Assembly: GCA_028534125.1 (NCBI GenBank)
Contig: CM052817.1
Span: forward strand, 7,566,001-7,629,581
Length of the DNA: 63,581 nucleotides
Source: Lama glama
Taxonomy: Eukaryota
Direction: 5' to 3'
The position numbers and the translations under genes were made by a program. This document shows positions 49,600-62,567 of the stretch, in pieces; position 1 is the stretch's first letter, and each line of letters starts with the position of its first letter. A model generated the notes under the pieces. The model saw only the letters and a list, made by a program, of their open reading frames with translations, made no database searches and was not told the DNA's origin.

Positions 49600-50900
49600 G
49601 TTCTCATGGCTATAGCCTTAAGCACACACAACTACTTTAGCCTTGTTTCCTCTCTATTCTTTGGACTGAGTAATTCTATTCATCTATCTGTAAGTTCACT
49701 AAATTTTCTTTCCTTTAGCCTGTCTAGTGAATTTTTCATTCTGTTCTTGTACTTTTCAGCTGTAGATTTCCATGCATTTACTTATATAGATTTTGGTTTC
49801 TCTATTCAAATTCTCTCATTTGTTCATTAAGGCCATTCTTTCTTTTAATTCTTTGAAACTTTTATCTTTATTTTTTTACTGTAGTCATCATATATCTGAA
49901 GTCCTTGCCAGATACAACATATGAACATGCTGATTGTCCTTTCTATTGATTCTTTTTTTCCTGAGTATGGATCACACTTTACTGTCACTATGTACATCTT
50001 CTAATCTTTCATTTAAAACTAGACAGTTCAGATACTACTGTGTAGCTACTTAGCATTCTGTTGTATTATTCTGATTATTGTTACTATTTTTCATTTAGTA
50101 AGTAAATAGTTAACTTGCTTGGACCCAAACTGCGATGTGTGTCTCTTCCATGACATGTGGCAGCTCAAATCTCTGCATACTTCCTACAGCTTCAAATTGT
50201 TGCTATTTTAGCACAGTCTCCTTGCATTCCTCCCTTTATGTTTATAATTTGGTAATCATCAAATATTTGAGCAGTGCTTCTGCTCAGGTTTTGGGGTTTA
50301 TCCTCTCACAGTTTGGTTGATTCTGGAAATTCCTCTTCTGATGGCTCTCTTTGCCTCGGTCTCTGTCCTCTGATCACTTAAGCCAATAGGCTTCAGCTTT
50401 TTGCCATGTGAGCTACAGATTTGGAAAATGCATTCATTAAAAAAAAAAACAGCACACTCATGGATCTCACTCGGTACAGCTCTGTCTTTTAAGGATAAGT
50501 TCTACTAGGTCTCTGCTTGCATTTGCATTGAGTCCCCTCAGTCTATCCACTAGCATGCATGATCAAACAAGGATTCACACATAGTATACAGTCATATACT
50601 GGACCCAGTTCTCTTCCAGAATTAGATTCTGCTTTTTGACACTTTGAGTAATAAGGTTGTGAGTTTCTGCTGCCAACTCATGATAAGTGTCCTACAACAC
50701 AAAGCCACAAACTTGCAATCATTACCACTTACTGTTGAAGTTTTTTGTTTTGTTTTTGTTTTTAAGAATAAACTCTCTTCTGGGTTCTGTCTGATCTTGG
50801 ATACTTTCCAGTGCCTTTAAATAGTTGGTTTTTTATACTGTGTCTAGACTTTAAACCAGTTCTCTGCAGAAGGATTCCTGTGAGCCCTTCAGTCTACTGC
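49600..50900 (-). mobile_element. Old L1 ORF1/5' region relic
   Basis: tctattcatctatctgtaagttcacta, gcctgtctagtgaatttttcatt, atatctgaagtccttg. Confidence 0.5.
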
Positions 50901-51839
50901 CATATCTTAAGTTCTGTGCCTTTTCAGAAAATGACAGTAATGCTGGCTCATTCCTGCAGGATGGCTTTAAAGAAGACAAAAGCAGGACTTGAATTATTTG
51001 CAACAACATGGGTGAAACTAGGAGGTATAATGCTAAGATTTGGGGTGGAGAGGAGAAATGAGAAGTGTGAACAGAAAGGAAGCACTGACTCTTACAAGGA
51101 TTCAGGAATTGGGAAGAATGGATAATCCGCAGTTGTTTAAGGTGTATAGTGTGACACTAGGGAGGTGAGCAGGGGGCTGGTTTAATCCTGACACATATTT
51201 ATGAAGAATTTACTTGAAAGTTGTGAAGGATCATCAGACCTCATGGAGCAGTAAAAACTGAGTGAAACAATGGCCACACTCTTTCAGTCCCACACTCTTT
51301 TTCTCCCAGCTTCTCAGCAAGGCCAAGCTAGTTGAGAACCCCCTATCCACGCAGGACATAGGGAGGAAGACAGTGACCAGAGTTCACTCTTGAGGTCCCC
51401 TAATTCTTCCAGCCTGACTGAAGGCAAATCCTCACTAGGGGGCCATCCACTTAAGGGAACTAGGCAGGATCAGAGTGCCACCTGGAGAAACTAACACAAA
51501 AGGGAACTGTGCATCAGTGAGGCCTGACTAGAATCTTGAATTCTGGGGGGAAAAAAATAATCGATCCCTAGGAATTCTGCACTCCCCATCGCAGACCTTT
51601 AGAGGAAGAAGAAAGAAAATACTTGGAGATTCAGAATCTAAGAAATAACCAACCAGGATTTTATTTCGGAATGAGCAATTTGCTGTATAAAGTAAGAGCA
51701 CTGCAGAACATGAGGATGTCCTTGTAGGTTTAGTATCCTAGAACGTGAAGAGAGCATGAGTGTAGAGAACAAAGAGATGGCGCTCTTTACATAGAGTAGG
51801 GCATCTTTAAGACTAAAATTGGCAGCCAGTTGTCGAGAA

Positions 51840-52100
51840 GGCTATGCGGTGTAACGGTTACAGGCATCGACTAGGGAGCCAAACATTCCGGGTTTGAATC
51901 CCAAATTTGCCCTTTTAATAATTGTTCTAGCTTGTTTGTATCACTTGAACCCTTTATGCTTCATGTCTTTATCGATAACATGTAGATGATGGTAATAACC
52001 ACACAAAGTTTTTGGTGAGAAAACTAGATAAATTAACATATTTATATACAAGTGCATAGAACATTGAATGGTTATTATATAACATATAGTAATTATTAAC
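51840..52100 (+). mobile_element. MIR
   Basis: ggagccaaacattccgggtttgaatccc...tcacttgaaccctttatgcttca. Confidence 0.7.
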
Positions 52101-52424
52101 TCCTTTTGTTTAAAACCAAGGCAAAGATCATCAATTATATAACTCATTAATTTCAGGTAGAAGGATTATGAGAATCAGCATTGTAAAGCACAGGGTTTGA
52201 GTGCAAGTCCTCCACATGCCAACTGCCTGATACAGGGCTTACCACATCCTCCCTGAGGATCAGTGTCTCTGTTCACAGAATCGATAACTTCTTGCCCCTC
52301 CCATCTCATGAAGCTGCTATGAAAGTCAAATTGAGACAGTGGGTTTGAAAGACCTTTGCAAAATGCTGAACAAAATATAGATGCATTGATATAGAGTAAC
52401 TTTAGCTTAAAAAATGAATCTTGG

Positions 52425-52993
52425 AAGATACGTGGACCCCAATGTTCATAGCCGCATAGTCAAGACATGGAAGCAACCTAAATGTCCATCGACAGGTGGC
52501 TGGATAAAGAAGTTGTGGTGTATTTATACAATGGAATACTACTCAGCAATAAAAAATAATGCCATTTGCAGCAACATGGATGGACCTGGAGACTGTCATT
52601 CTAAGTGAAGTAAGCCAGAAAGAGAAAGAAAAATACCACATGGTATCACTCATATGTGGAATCTAATATAAAGAAAAAAAAAGAGGACACTATGAACTCA
52701 TCTACAAAACTGAAACAGACTCAGACATAGTAAATAAACTTATAGTTGCCAGGGGAAGAGGGAGTGGGAAGGGATAAATTCGGGAGTTTGAGATTGCAAA
52801 TGATAATCAGTATACATAAAAACATAAAAAACAAGTTTCTTCCATACAGTACAAGGAACTATATTCAATATCTTGTAATAACCTTTAATGAAAAAGAATA
52901 TGAAAATGAATGTATGTGTATATATATGCATGACTGGGACATTATGCTGTACACCAGAGATTGACACATTGCAACTGACTATACTTGAATTGA
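52425..52993 (+). mobile_element. Lineage-specific 5'-truncated L1 with a 16-bp TSD
   Basis: aagacatggaagcaacctaaatgtccatc...caatggaatactactcagc...catgactgggacattatgctgtacaccag; flanks aaaaaatgaatcttgg (52409-52424) and aaaaaatgaattttgg (52994-53009). Confidence 0.92.
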
Positions 52994-53009
52994 AAAAAAT
53001 GAATTTTGG

Positions 53010-54555
53010 GAACTCTCATGCACTCTTTGTGGGTGTACAACCAACAGGGCACCCACCAACAGTGGTGCAGCCACTATGGGAAACCATATGGAGTTTTTTA
53101 CAAAAATGTAAAATTAGAACTACCATATGATCCAGCAATTCCACTTTCAGATATTTTTCCAAAGGCAATGAAAACACTAACTCAAAAAGATATTTGCACT
53201 CCCATGTTCACTGCAGCATTATTTAGAATAGCCAAGAATATATTTAATGTATGCATATATTATATATAATGAAATATTATTCTGTAATAAGAAAGAAGGA
53301 TTATCTTGCCATTTGCAACAACAAAGATGCAACTTGAGGGCATGATGCTAAGTGAAATGAGTCAGACAGAGAAAGACAAATACTGGATGATCTCAGTTAT
53401 ATGTGGAATCTAAAAACATAAAAAACAAACTCATAGATGCAGAGAACAGATTGATGGTTGTCAGAGGTGGAGGTGGAGAGTGGGAGAAATGGATGGGGTG
53501 AAATGGATGAAGGTGGTCAAAAGCTACGAATTGCCAGTTATAAAATAAGTAAGTCCTAAGGATGTAATGTGTAGTGTGGCAACTTCTATTAATAACACTG
53601 AATTATGTGTATCTTTTAGAATTCATTTTTTTGTTTGTTTATTTTTCCCAGATATACACCCAGGAGTGGAATTGCTCAATCACATAATAGTTCTGTGTTT
53701 AGCTTTTTGAGGAGCATCCATACTGTTTTCCATAGTGGCTGCACCAATTGACATTTCCACCAACAGTGTTCATAGCACTGTTCATAGTGGTCAAGATATG
53801 GAAGTAAACCAAGTGTCCATCAACAGATGAATGGACAAAGAAAATGTGGTATATATGTAAAAAGTAATATTACCCAGCCTCAAAAAAAAAAAGAAAGTAT
53901 GTCATTTGCAGCAATATGGATGGACCTAGAGAATATTATGTTAGTGAAATAAGTCAGAGAAAGACAAATCTGTATGACATCACTTATATGTGGAATTTGA
54001 AAAATAAAACAAACCAATGTATATAGCAAATCAGAAACAGACTCACAGATATAAAAAATGAACTAGTGGTTACCAGTGGGGAGAGGAAAGGAGGGAGGGA
54101 AAAAATAAGGGTGTGAGATTTTATACTATGTATAAAATAGATAAGCAACAAGGATATATTGTACAGCACAGGGAATTATAGCCATTATTGTGTAATAACT
54201 TTTGATGGAGTATAGTTGATAAAAATGCTAATACTAATAAAAATGACTGTGCTGGACACCTGAAACAAATGTATATTGTGAATCAATTATACTTCAATTA
54301 AAAATAAAACAAATTGGGTAGAACAATAATAATTTTAAAAAAATAATAATCTATTGTGTATTTTAAAACTACTAAGAGTCAATCTTAAAAATTCTTATCA
54401 TAAAAACATTGCCACTGTGTGTGGTGATGGATGTTAACTAGACTTACTGTGGTTAGCGCTTTGCAATATACACAGATATTGAATCACTGTGTTGCACACC
54501 TGAAACTAATGTAATGGTATACGTCAACTGTATCTCAGTAAAAAAAAAATAAAAA
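53010..54555 (+). mobile_element. L1MA9-like 3' portion split by a younger L1 (pieces at about 53010-53605 and 54340-54555)
   Basis: gaactaccatatgatccagcaattccac...agttataaaataagtaagtcc...aataacactg | ctattgtgtatttt...gtggtgatggatgttaactagac...cacctgaaactaat. Confidence 0.8.
53606..54310 (+). mobile_element. Younger L1 with a 5' inversion (twin priming)
   Basis: 53606-53768 is antisense ORF2 (cccaggagtggaattgct...catagtggctgcaccaat...ccaccaacagtg); sense sequence resumes at tgttcatagca and runs to the A-rich tail. Confidence 0.85.
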
Positions 54556-54559
54556 CAAG

Positions 54560-55560
54560 GTCATGAGGGAATTTATATAATATTTTGAGCAAAATGATAA
54601 TATATATCAAGACTTGTGGGATACAGGCAAAAACAGTATTCATAAGGAAATGCATAGCTTCTGATGCACATATCTGTAAAATAACAGCAAAATAAGCAGA
54701 AAGAGAATTGACAGAAATACAGAAAAGAGAAGAGCAGAGGTAGAAAAAAAATACAGTAGGAACTATGAGCAAAACTAAACTTGCTCCTCTGAAAATTCTA
54801 ATAAAATTGATTAAAAAAACACTCCGGTGAGACTGATCAAAAGAAGAGAGAAGGCACAAAAAATTGGCATCAAGATTGAAAAGGAAACAACAGCACAGAT
54901 CTGGAATACATTAAAAATTAAAAGTTCTTATGAGCAAATAAATAGTATAAAAATGTAGATAAAACAGACAAAGCATCTGTATCAAACACAATATATAGTG
55001 GTGAAATACAGAAAGACTTTCTTCTGGGACTGGGAACAAGAAAAGGGTGTCTGTTATACCACTTCTTTTCAGTATTGTTCTGGAGTACAAGCTATATCAT
55101 ACAGCAAAAAAGAAGAAAAAAGCATATGGACTAGAAATAAAGGAACAAAACTTAGTATTTGCCAGTGGTGTGTCTGGGTGCACTGATAATCCTAATAAAT
55201 ATACAGGTGAATCATTACAAATAGGAAATTTTATGAAAGATCTCTGGATTTTAAAATTATTTTGGAAAAATCAGCTTAATTTTAATTTCTCTATATTGAC
55301 AACAAAGGGAAGAAAATAAAATATTTAAAAGATACTACTTTCAATAGCAACAGAAATATCAAGTATATATAAATAAAGCCAATAAAAGATATAAACTTCT
55401 TCAAAATGGCAAATAAGATTCTATTGAGACATTACAGAATATCAAAATAAATTGAAATATGTATCATGTTCACAGACTAGAAAGTTCAGTATTGTAAAGA
55501 TGACGCTTCTCTCCTGGGTTAATGTGTAGATTCAATATAACGTCAACCAAAAATCCCCCC
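54560..55560 (+). mobile_element. Old L1 ORF2 fragments (degenerate)
   Basis: acttgtgggatacaggcaaaaacagta...aataaaattgatt...gactgatcaa...gtattgtaaagatgac. Confidence 0.7.
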
Positions 55561-56334
55561 AAAAAAGTTTTTGTTGTAGTTTAAAAAAATGAGTTCCACT
55601 CTCCCACAAGAACTTACTGTGAGGGGTCACACCAATTTTCCTCTCAACTGAAGAGTTCATTATATATTTGCTCTATTATTCAAAGCACTTGCTCTGTTTC
55701 TTCATGCTAATTCCAAGATGCCACACAGTAGCTCCTGCCTCTCACTACTGGATTATGTGAATCCTTAAAATAAATAATGTCAGATCCGATGTTTTAACTG
55801 AGTGTTTAAAAACATGGAACAGTTTAAGGTTACATAAAATTTACCAAAAAAAAAGAAAGGAGGGAAAATGAATTCACAAAAATTCAGTAAAAACATTTTT
55901 TGTCTTCACCGATGACCACATCCTGGTGCAGAAATGCATTCCTAATATTCAGGCATCAGGGGTTCTTTTATGAAAACGTTGGAGTGTTTCTTGAAAACCC
56001 CTACATATGGTAGATGCCATACAGACATAAAACTGAACTTGGCCTTGTGCGAGTGTTCTTAGTGGGTTCTTAAGATTCAGTGTTTATGAAGTCCTCAGAA
56101 TGCCCACAATATTTTAAAGCAAAGAGATGTAAGTAGACAAAATGCCTTTCTGTTTTCTTAAAATTTCTAACCAATCCTTGCGGTTATGAAGCCACATATT
56201 AATAAGCAAACTGATCCTTTTCCACAGGAAATCCAACACAGTGTTGACACTACCCTAGGACATGCTTTTCCAGAGTGATATTTCACATTTTTCCACCAGC
56301 TCTTTTGTGGAAGTCATTTGTGTTGTTGCTACTG

Positions 56335-56780
56335 TAGTATGCATCTGTTAGGAATGCCTGCAGCTGCAAATAACAACATTTGACTAGAAATAGCCTAAAC
56401 TCGTTTTTTTATTGTTCACTAATAACAAGAAGTCTGGAAATAGATCATTGCTGTTGGTGTTGCCTTAGTGGCAAATGATACTAGGATTAGCATCTCTAAG
56501 ATTAACCTGACCTCATGACTACACAATGGCTGCAACTGCTCCATGTATCACATACTTATACAAGTACATTCAGAAGCAGCATTGTGGATGAGTAGGCAAG
56601 GGACAAGTAGATCATGGGACAGGAAATTTCTCTTCATAGGACTCCTATTTTCATGGAGGAGAATCCTTCCCCAAAGTCTTCCCAGTCATTGTTCTTACAA
56701 CTCATTGTCCAGAACTGTGTCACATATTAACCACTTCCTAGATTAAGTAGTTGGGCTGACCTTTGATATCTGAACAAAAC
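56335..56780 (-). mobile_element. Old MaLR LTR (MLT1J-like)
   Basis: gttaggaatgcctgcagctgcaaataaca...cacaatggctgcaactgctcca...ctcattgtccagaactgtgtcacat. Confidence 0.7.
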
Positions 56781-56849
56781 CACAACTGGGGTTAGTTTGG
56801 AGTTAGGCAAGCACCAGACTTGGCCATCCGTGTTGTTTTTTTGTTTGTA

Positions 56850-58030
56850 TGTGTTTTTCTCCCTAATTTTATTTTATTCAACAAAAGAATTCAAAACAGT
56901 AGAATAATTTCAACTATAATACAAGAAGTCCTTCAGATTCCTCAACTGTTAATACTTACCACAATTACTTTCTCATTCTCTCTTTCATCTTACATGCGTA
57001 TGTATTGAATTTTTATGAAAAAGTTGAGATTAATTTGTAGACATGGCTATTATCCTAAATACTCCAGTATATATTTCCTAAAAACAAACAAAATCTCTTA
57101 CATAACCACATTATTGTCCTCAAAATCAGAAGTTCAAATTAACACAGTAATTTCTCATGATTAGGTTTAGATTATGCATTTGTAGCAGCAACATCACGGA
57201 AGTGATGCTGTGTTTTCAGTATCCTGATATGTGGTATTCGATATTGATTTGTCCCAGTATTGGCAAGGTAAACTATGACCGTATAATTATATTGGTGTCT
57301 GCTAGGTTTCTCTGCTATTAAGTAATTATGTCTTTATTTGTAAGTAGAACGTATTTTGTTAGGAAATACTTGGAGACTATGAAAATATCTTATTTCTCAT
57401 TAAACTTTCATCTCTTATTTTTGCATCCATTGATGATTCTTACTTTAATGGGTTATTATTGTAATGATTATCAAGCAGTGAATTTATAATTCTATTAACT
57501 CCATCTACATTTATTATTTGGCATTCTACTGTTAAGGAAGAGCTTTCTCTTCTTTGCATTAATTCATTATATCAGTAAAAATTCATGGATTCTTACTTAA
57601 TTCAGTGAATTGAAATCCAGTAGTATTATTTTGATGCCAAATTTGTCCCAGCTTTGACCAGTGAGAGCCCCTTTGAACTGACTTCTGTATCCCTTTGATG
57701 TGCTGTTATGATTCCTTGAACACCTCTTTACTGTTTGTGAAAATAGGATGTTCCATGTTCAGCCTGTATTTTGTTGACCCAGACTCAAAAGCGTCCATTT
57801 CTCCATGGAATCCTCATTCCTTTCAGTGAGAATGTATTTGTAAACCTACATCTGGTCTCTGCATCAGCGTGTACTCATTGCTACTTGAATCTCATTGCTT
57901 TCAAGCCTCTGAATAGACGGGCTAAGAAATATGTATGCATACACCTACGTGTCTACAGATGCACATTTACTTTTATACGTGTTTATATATGTAACCATCC
58001 ATTGAAAGCCATGAGTTTACTCTAGCAGCT
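56850..58030 (-). mobile_element. L1MC/MD-like 3'-UTR relic
   Basis: tttcctaaaaacaa...tacataaccaca; ttgtcccagctttgaccagtgagagcccc; ccatttctccatggaatcc. Confidence 0.7.
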
Positions 58031-59097
58031 CCAATTTGTTCAAATCTTACTATTTCTTTCACCAATGAAACATCATTAAACATCGTACCACAGACATTTT
58101 CCCAAACCTTCCGTATTTAAAACCTGCATCATTTTAGGTGCTACTATAATTCATGCCTTCTTTTGTCCAGGTACGTGTCACCTTCTAACTAAATGTCTGT
58201 TAGTCAGTCTCTCCAGTTAGCTTGGAGCTCTTTGAAGATGGGTTGTCATTCATTTCTGTTACCCCCAGAGCTTAGTCTATGGTCTAACACACTGGTGTTT
58301 GATAAATATTTGCAGAATCACTGAGTTATTTAATGACAAAGTAATGCCATTAGTCAAAATGAACAAATGCAACCATTGATTGAATGCCCTAAAATGTTTG
58401 CTTATTTTTTTTTCTTTTTGTGAAAGATTCAATTGTTTTCCTCTCTTTTACAGATCTTCAATACATGTCAATTAGCCTCTATAGAACACTTCCCCTGCAT
58501 CAGGCCCCCTGTTTGTAACTGCTGCCTGAACTCATTTTTCCATTAGTGATGACTCTCCAAATTCTCAGCGACAAGACACTTCATTCAGAAATGGAGATTT
58601 TTAATCTGCCTCCAACATCCTGATTTGAGTTGTACTCAGAAAGGCCTCCTTTGACAAAGACCACACAAAACCACAGTATTAATGACTTTTTCAGAGTTCT
58701 CCAAATTCTATTCCCCCTCATATCCTGATAATCCATATTTTTTTAACTTACAAACACCAGAAAAAGCAGTTCTTGTTGTTTATCTTGTTTCTCCCTCTTA
58801 TAAACCAAATTTTCTGACACCACTCAACCATTTAAATCAAGTTTAGCATTGAAATTTCACAGACCTCAAATCTCTTAAAATTTGATTATCAGAGGCTTCT
58901 GAGTTCATACCTGAGAGAAAAGTATTGTACACCAGGAAGATATTAAATTATAAAACAATTCTGAAGCAATTCTATGAGATGGCGTACTCCCATCTAGATG
59001 AGAAAGACATTCTTAGCAACAGAAGGGTCCTGAGGGATCTCTGCTCTCTCCTTGGTCACCCCAGCATCAGGAAGAGGGATTCCAGGTCTCCTTATGC

Positions 59098-59340
59098 CTG
59101 TTCTATCCAAAATGACAGCCACTAACCACATGTGACCACTGAGCACCTGAAATGTGGCTGATCTGGATTAAGACGTACTGTAAAATACACACCAGGTTTT
59201 GAAGATTTGGTTCAATTACAATAAATGTAAATTATCTTGTTGTTATATTTCAAAATTGATTGCACGTTAAAATGATATTTTGGATCTATGGGTTTTAATA
59301 AAATACATTGTCAGTTGCCATTTCTTTTCTACTCATTTTT
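59098..59340. mobile_element. MER33-like hAT-Charlie element
   Basis: gccactaaccacatgtgacc...gagcacctgaaatgtggct...aaatacacaccagg. Confidence 0.75.
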
Positions 59341-59439
59341 ATAAGAAAAGTCTTGAAAGCGCTGTCAATGGTTGTCTTCTCTGACCTTACGCTCTCTCCT
59401 TTATAGGCTCCAAACACAAAAATGCACCAAAAAAGACTT

Positions 59440-60725
59440 CAATTACCAAGGTTTCAAATAACCTCTCTCTTGCAAAACTCTATGATCTTGAGCCATTTTT
59501 AATGGATTTGAGCTCAATGTTATTTGACACAGTTTACTCCATTCCTTCCAAAACTCTCTCTTCTCCTGGCTTCGGTGATCCTTTGTGCTTCTGGGTTTCC
59601 CCTTTACATTCGCAGGGCTTTTCTCTGCTGATTCTGTTTCTTCTCTTTGACCTCTGAACGCTGGAAGGACCTGGACTCAGGTCTGGGATTTCACGTCTCC
59701 TCAACATTCATTCTTTCACTCACCCAGGGTTTTAGTTTTAAACACCACTGGTATATCAAAGAGTCCAAAATGTTTCCTCCAGCCCTGAATTATTTCCCAG
59801 ACTCACATGAACAACTACCATTTGGTATCTTTCCCTGGTCGCCTAATACACATCTCAGACTGAACTCAGTTCTCTTCATTCTCCATTGGCTCCGCCTTTC
59901 AGGACACCTGCCAAAGCTCTCATTCTTGGTAGACGGCACCACCATCTGTCCTACTGCTTAAGCTCCATGTCTAGGACCTATCCTTTCCTTCGAAGTCCTC
60001 TCTCCACTGCATCAGTGGACCTGACTGACTCTACCTCTGAGGTACATCCTATCTCCCTTGGCTGCTCCCTGGTCCAAGCTATTATCTTCTGTCACCTGAA
60101 CTGCTTTAACAGTCTACCAACTAGATTTTCTATTTCCACTCTTATTCCACTGTAATCCACTCCAGATATTGTGGGCAGTCATCCCTTACATCATAAATTA
60201 GGTCATGACATACTCCTACTTTAAAGTTTCTAACCTTAATAATTTCCCACTGCCTTAGGAGAAATCCAAACTCTTAACTCTAGCTCGTCCCTGCTTACTT
60301 CTTCAACACCTAGAGCTATTTGCCAACTTTTAAACCATGCTCCAGACAAGCTCTGCTTCTGCAAGTCCCCTGAGCTCACGAAGCACGTTCTTCCTGGCTG
60401 GTCCCATGATTTAGGTTGCTGTTGATCTTTCCGTGTCAGGTTCCTTCGTGTCATTCCAGCTCAGCTTAAATATCTTCTTACCAGAGGCATCTTCCCAACC
60501 ACCTTATCTCAATCATACTCAGCCACTCTTTAAAGTAGCAGCACATTTTCATTTCCTGTGTATCCCTAATCATTACCATATAATATTTTCTTGTTCATTT
60601 TCCTTTAATTCTTCAGCTCCCCTTGGTGTATGGCAGGATCTTATCTGTCTTATTCACCAGTGTATTCCCAGTGCCCAGATCACTGCACATACTGGACAAG
60701 CAAGTATTTGTTGATTGGAGGAATA
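59440..60725 (+). mobile_element. L2 relic including its 3' end
   Basis: atttgacacagtt, ctccagccctga, ctggtccaagcta, gtattcccagtgcccag...gtatttgttgattggaggaat. Confidence 0.75.
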
Positions 60726-60914
60726 TTTAATTGCACTGTCTTATTCACTAGCACAGAGCAAAGAAACTGAAAAATCGGTGCTACTGGAGACAGATACCAG
60801 GTCTCATAATAAACTTAGCATGTTTTCAAGTCAGTCTGCGGCAGCAGGTATGCATCTCCTTGGGCCCACCTACTTGTCTTCATTCTAGACCAGTTTTGTC
60901 CCAGACAGCTTTCT

Positions 60915-61063
60915 GGGATGTTCAGTAGAGTAGCTACTAGTCATCCATAGCTAGTGGGTACTTGAACTGTGACTAGTACAACTGAGTAGCTGAACACTAA
61001 GCTTTATTTAATTTAATATAAAAAGCCACATGTGGCTAGTGGCTATCATACTGGAGAGCCCTG
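60915..61063. mobile_element. MER3-like hAT-Charlie element
   Basis: gtacttgaactgtgactagtacaactgag...agccacatgtggctagtggctatcatactgga. Confidence 0.75.
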
Positions 61064-62567
61064 CTGAGAGTAAAAGCTGCTCCAAGGCAGGTTCTCTGTT
61101 TCAGTTCATCTCCATAACCTGAGTACCAAGCAGCTTTCTGATGCAACATCGGTGCTCATTAAGGCAGGTTAAAATTCTCGAATCAAGGGCAGGATAGTGA
61201 GAATTCCGGGCCTTCCTAGAGAAGGCGCAGGGAACCCCAGGGACGTCTCTGTGGCAGAGAAGGCCCGTGGTGTCCCTCCTCAAAATAGTCATGGACATAG
61301 TAGGAGTTTGAGGGCTAAGAGCTAGAAATTGAAGATGCCCACCTGATTTATGAAGCTGTGTGACCTCAGGTGAGCCACATAATCACCTCAGAGCCTCTTC
61401 CTTCCTCACCTGTGAGATGACGCTATACAAGAATGCAGCCTCTAGCTCACTGGATTTCTACAGGAATCCATCGAAGCCAAGAACAGGAAAACCTAGCTGT
61501 AAATTGTGAAGTGGCCTGTAAGTATACGGTTCTGTTATTAGTCCCGCAGATTGTCCTGTTGGCAGATGAATATTAGAGGTCGGTTATCAAACATCACATC
61601 GTCCAGACAGCCCTGGCCCTAGAAATGTGGGCATCTGCTCATTTTACTCCATGATGGAAAAAAGAATAAATAAATCATACATGATTAATTTAGACTTCCC
61701 TCTACGCCTCCCGTTAACAGCTCGAAGTCCCCACCACCCAGCAGGCTCAGGGATGAACTGGCGTGGTAGAACCTTCAGGACGGCGGCTAACCCTCCTCCA
61801 AGTACAACCAGCTGTGAAAACAAATTTAGCTCCACCAACACTGCAGAGGACCTAAGCATTTTCATAGGTTAGAGATATAATGTTCACCCCATTCAGAGGA
61901 ATCCAAACCAAACACCCATGGCTTGCGGGGTAAGAGGATCTTAAGCATAATAGACAGATTATCTGCTAGTTTACTGAAGGCAAGGGAAGAGACATTTGTC
62001 ATAGTTTTGCTAGAAAATGAGACTTTATCAAAGGGAGAGAAGGTGAAAGGTCACCAGTTCTATTGGCGCGATTATTATCTTTACGTAGCTAGAGTGGCAA
62101 AAGAAATGATCCCAAACAGAGCAAAACAAAACAGACCTCACCAAAGCACTTCAAGATGAGCCCCCAGAAGCCATCACCCCAGACCCACTGGCTTCATCTT
62201 CATCCATCATCCTGGGCCCTGTTGACAAGAGTCGATTGGGTTCTCCATCTCTCCACGCTGCAGCAGGTTTCATCATGGCGAACCACTCGGAGGACACCAG
62301 GGATGAGGACTTGCAAGGAGGCAATCACTATAGTAAGAAAGATGCTGCCACTTCTGAGCACCTACACCAGCCCTGAAACTGTGCTTCCTGTTTATTACAT
62401 CAGTTGTCAGTCCACAAAATGTTACCTCCACTGCTTTGCCAATGAAGCAACTGGGGCTTAAGTAAATGGGCAAATAGTAGATATCCCAGGGATATTTTTG
62501 GTTTTGGTGTTAATAAATATAGTAATGGATATCATATCAGAAGTAGCCACTTAAGTAACCACTTCTC

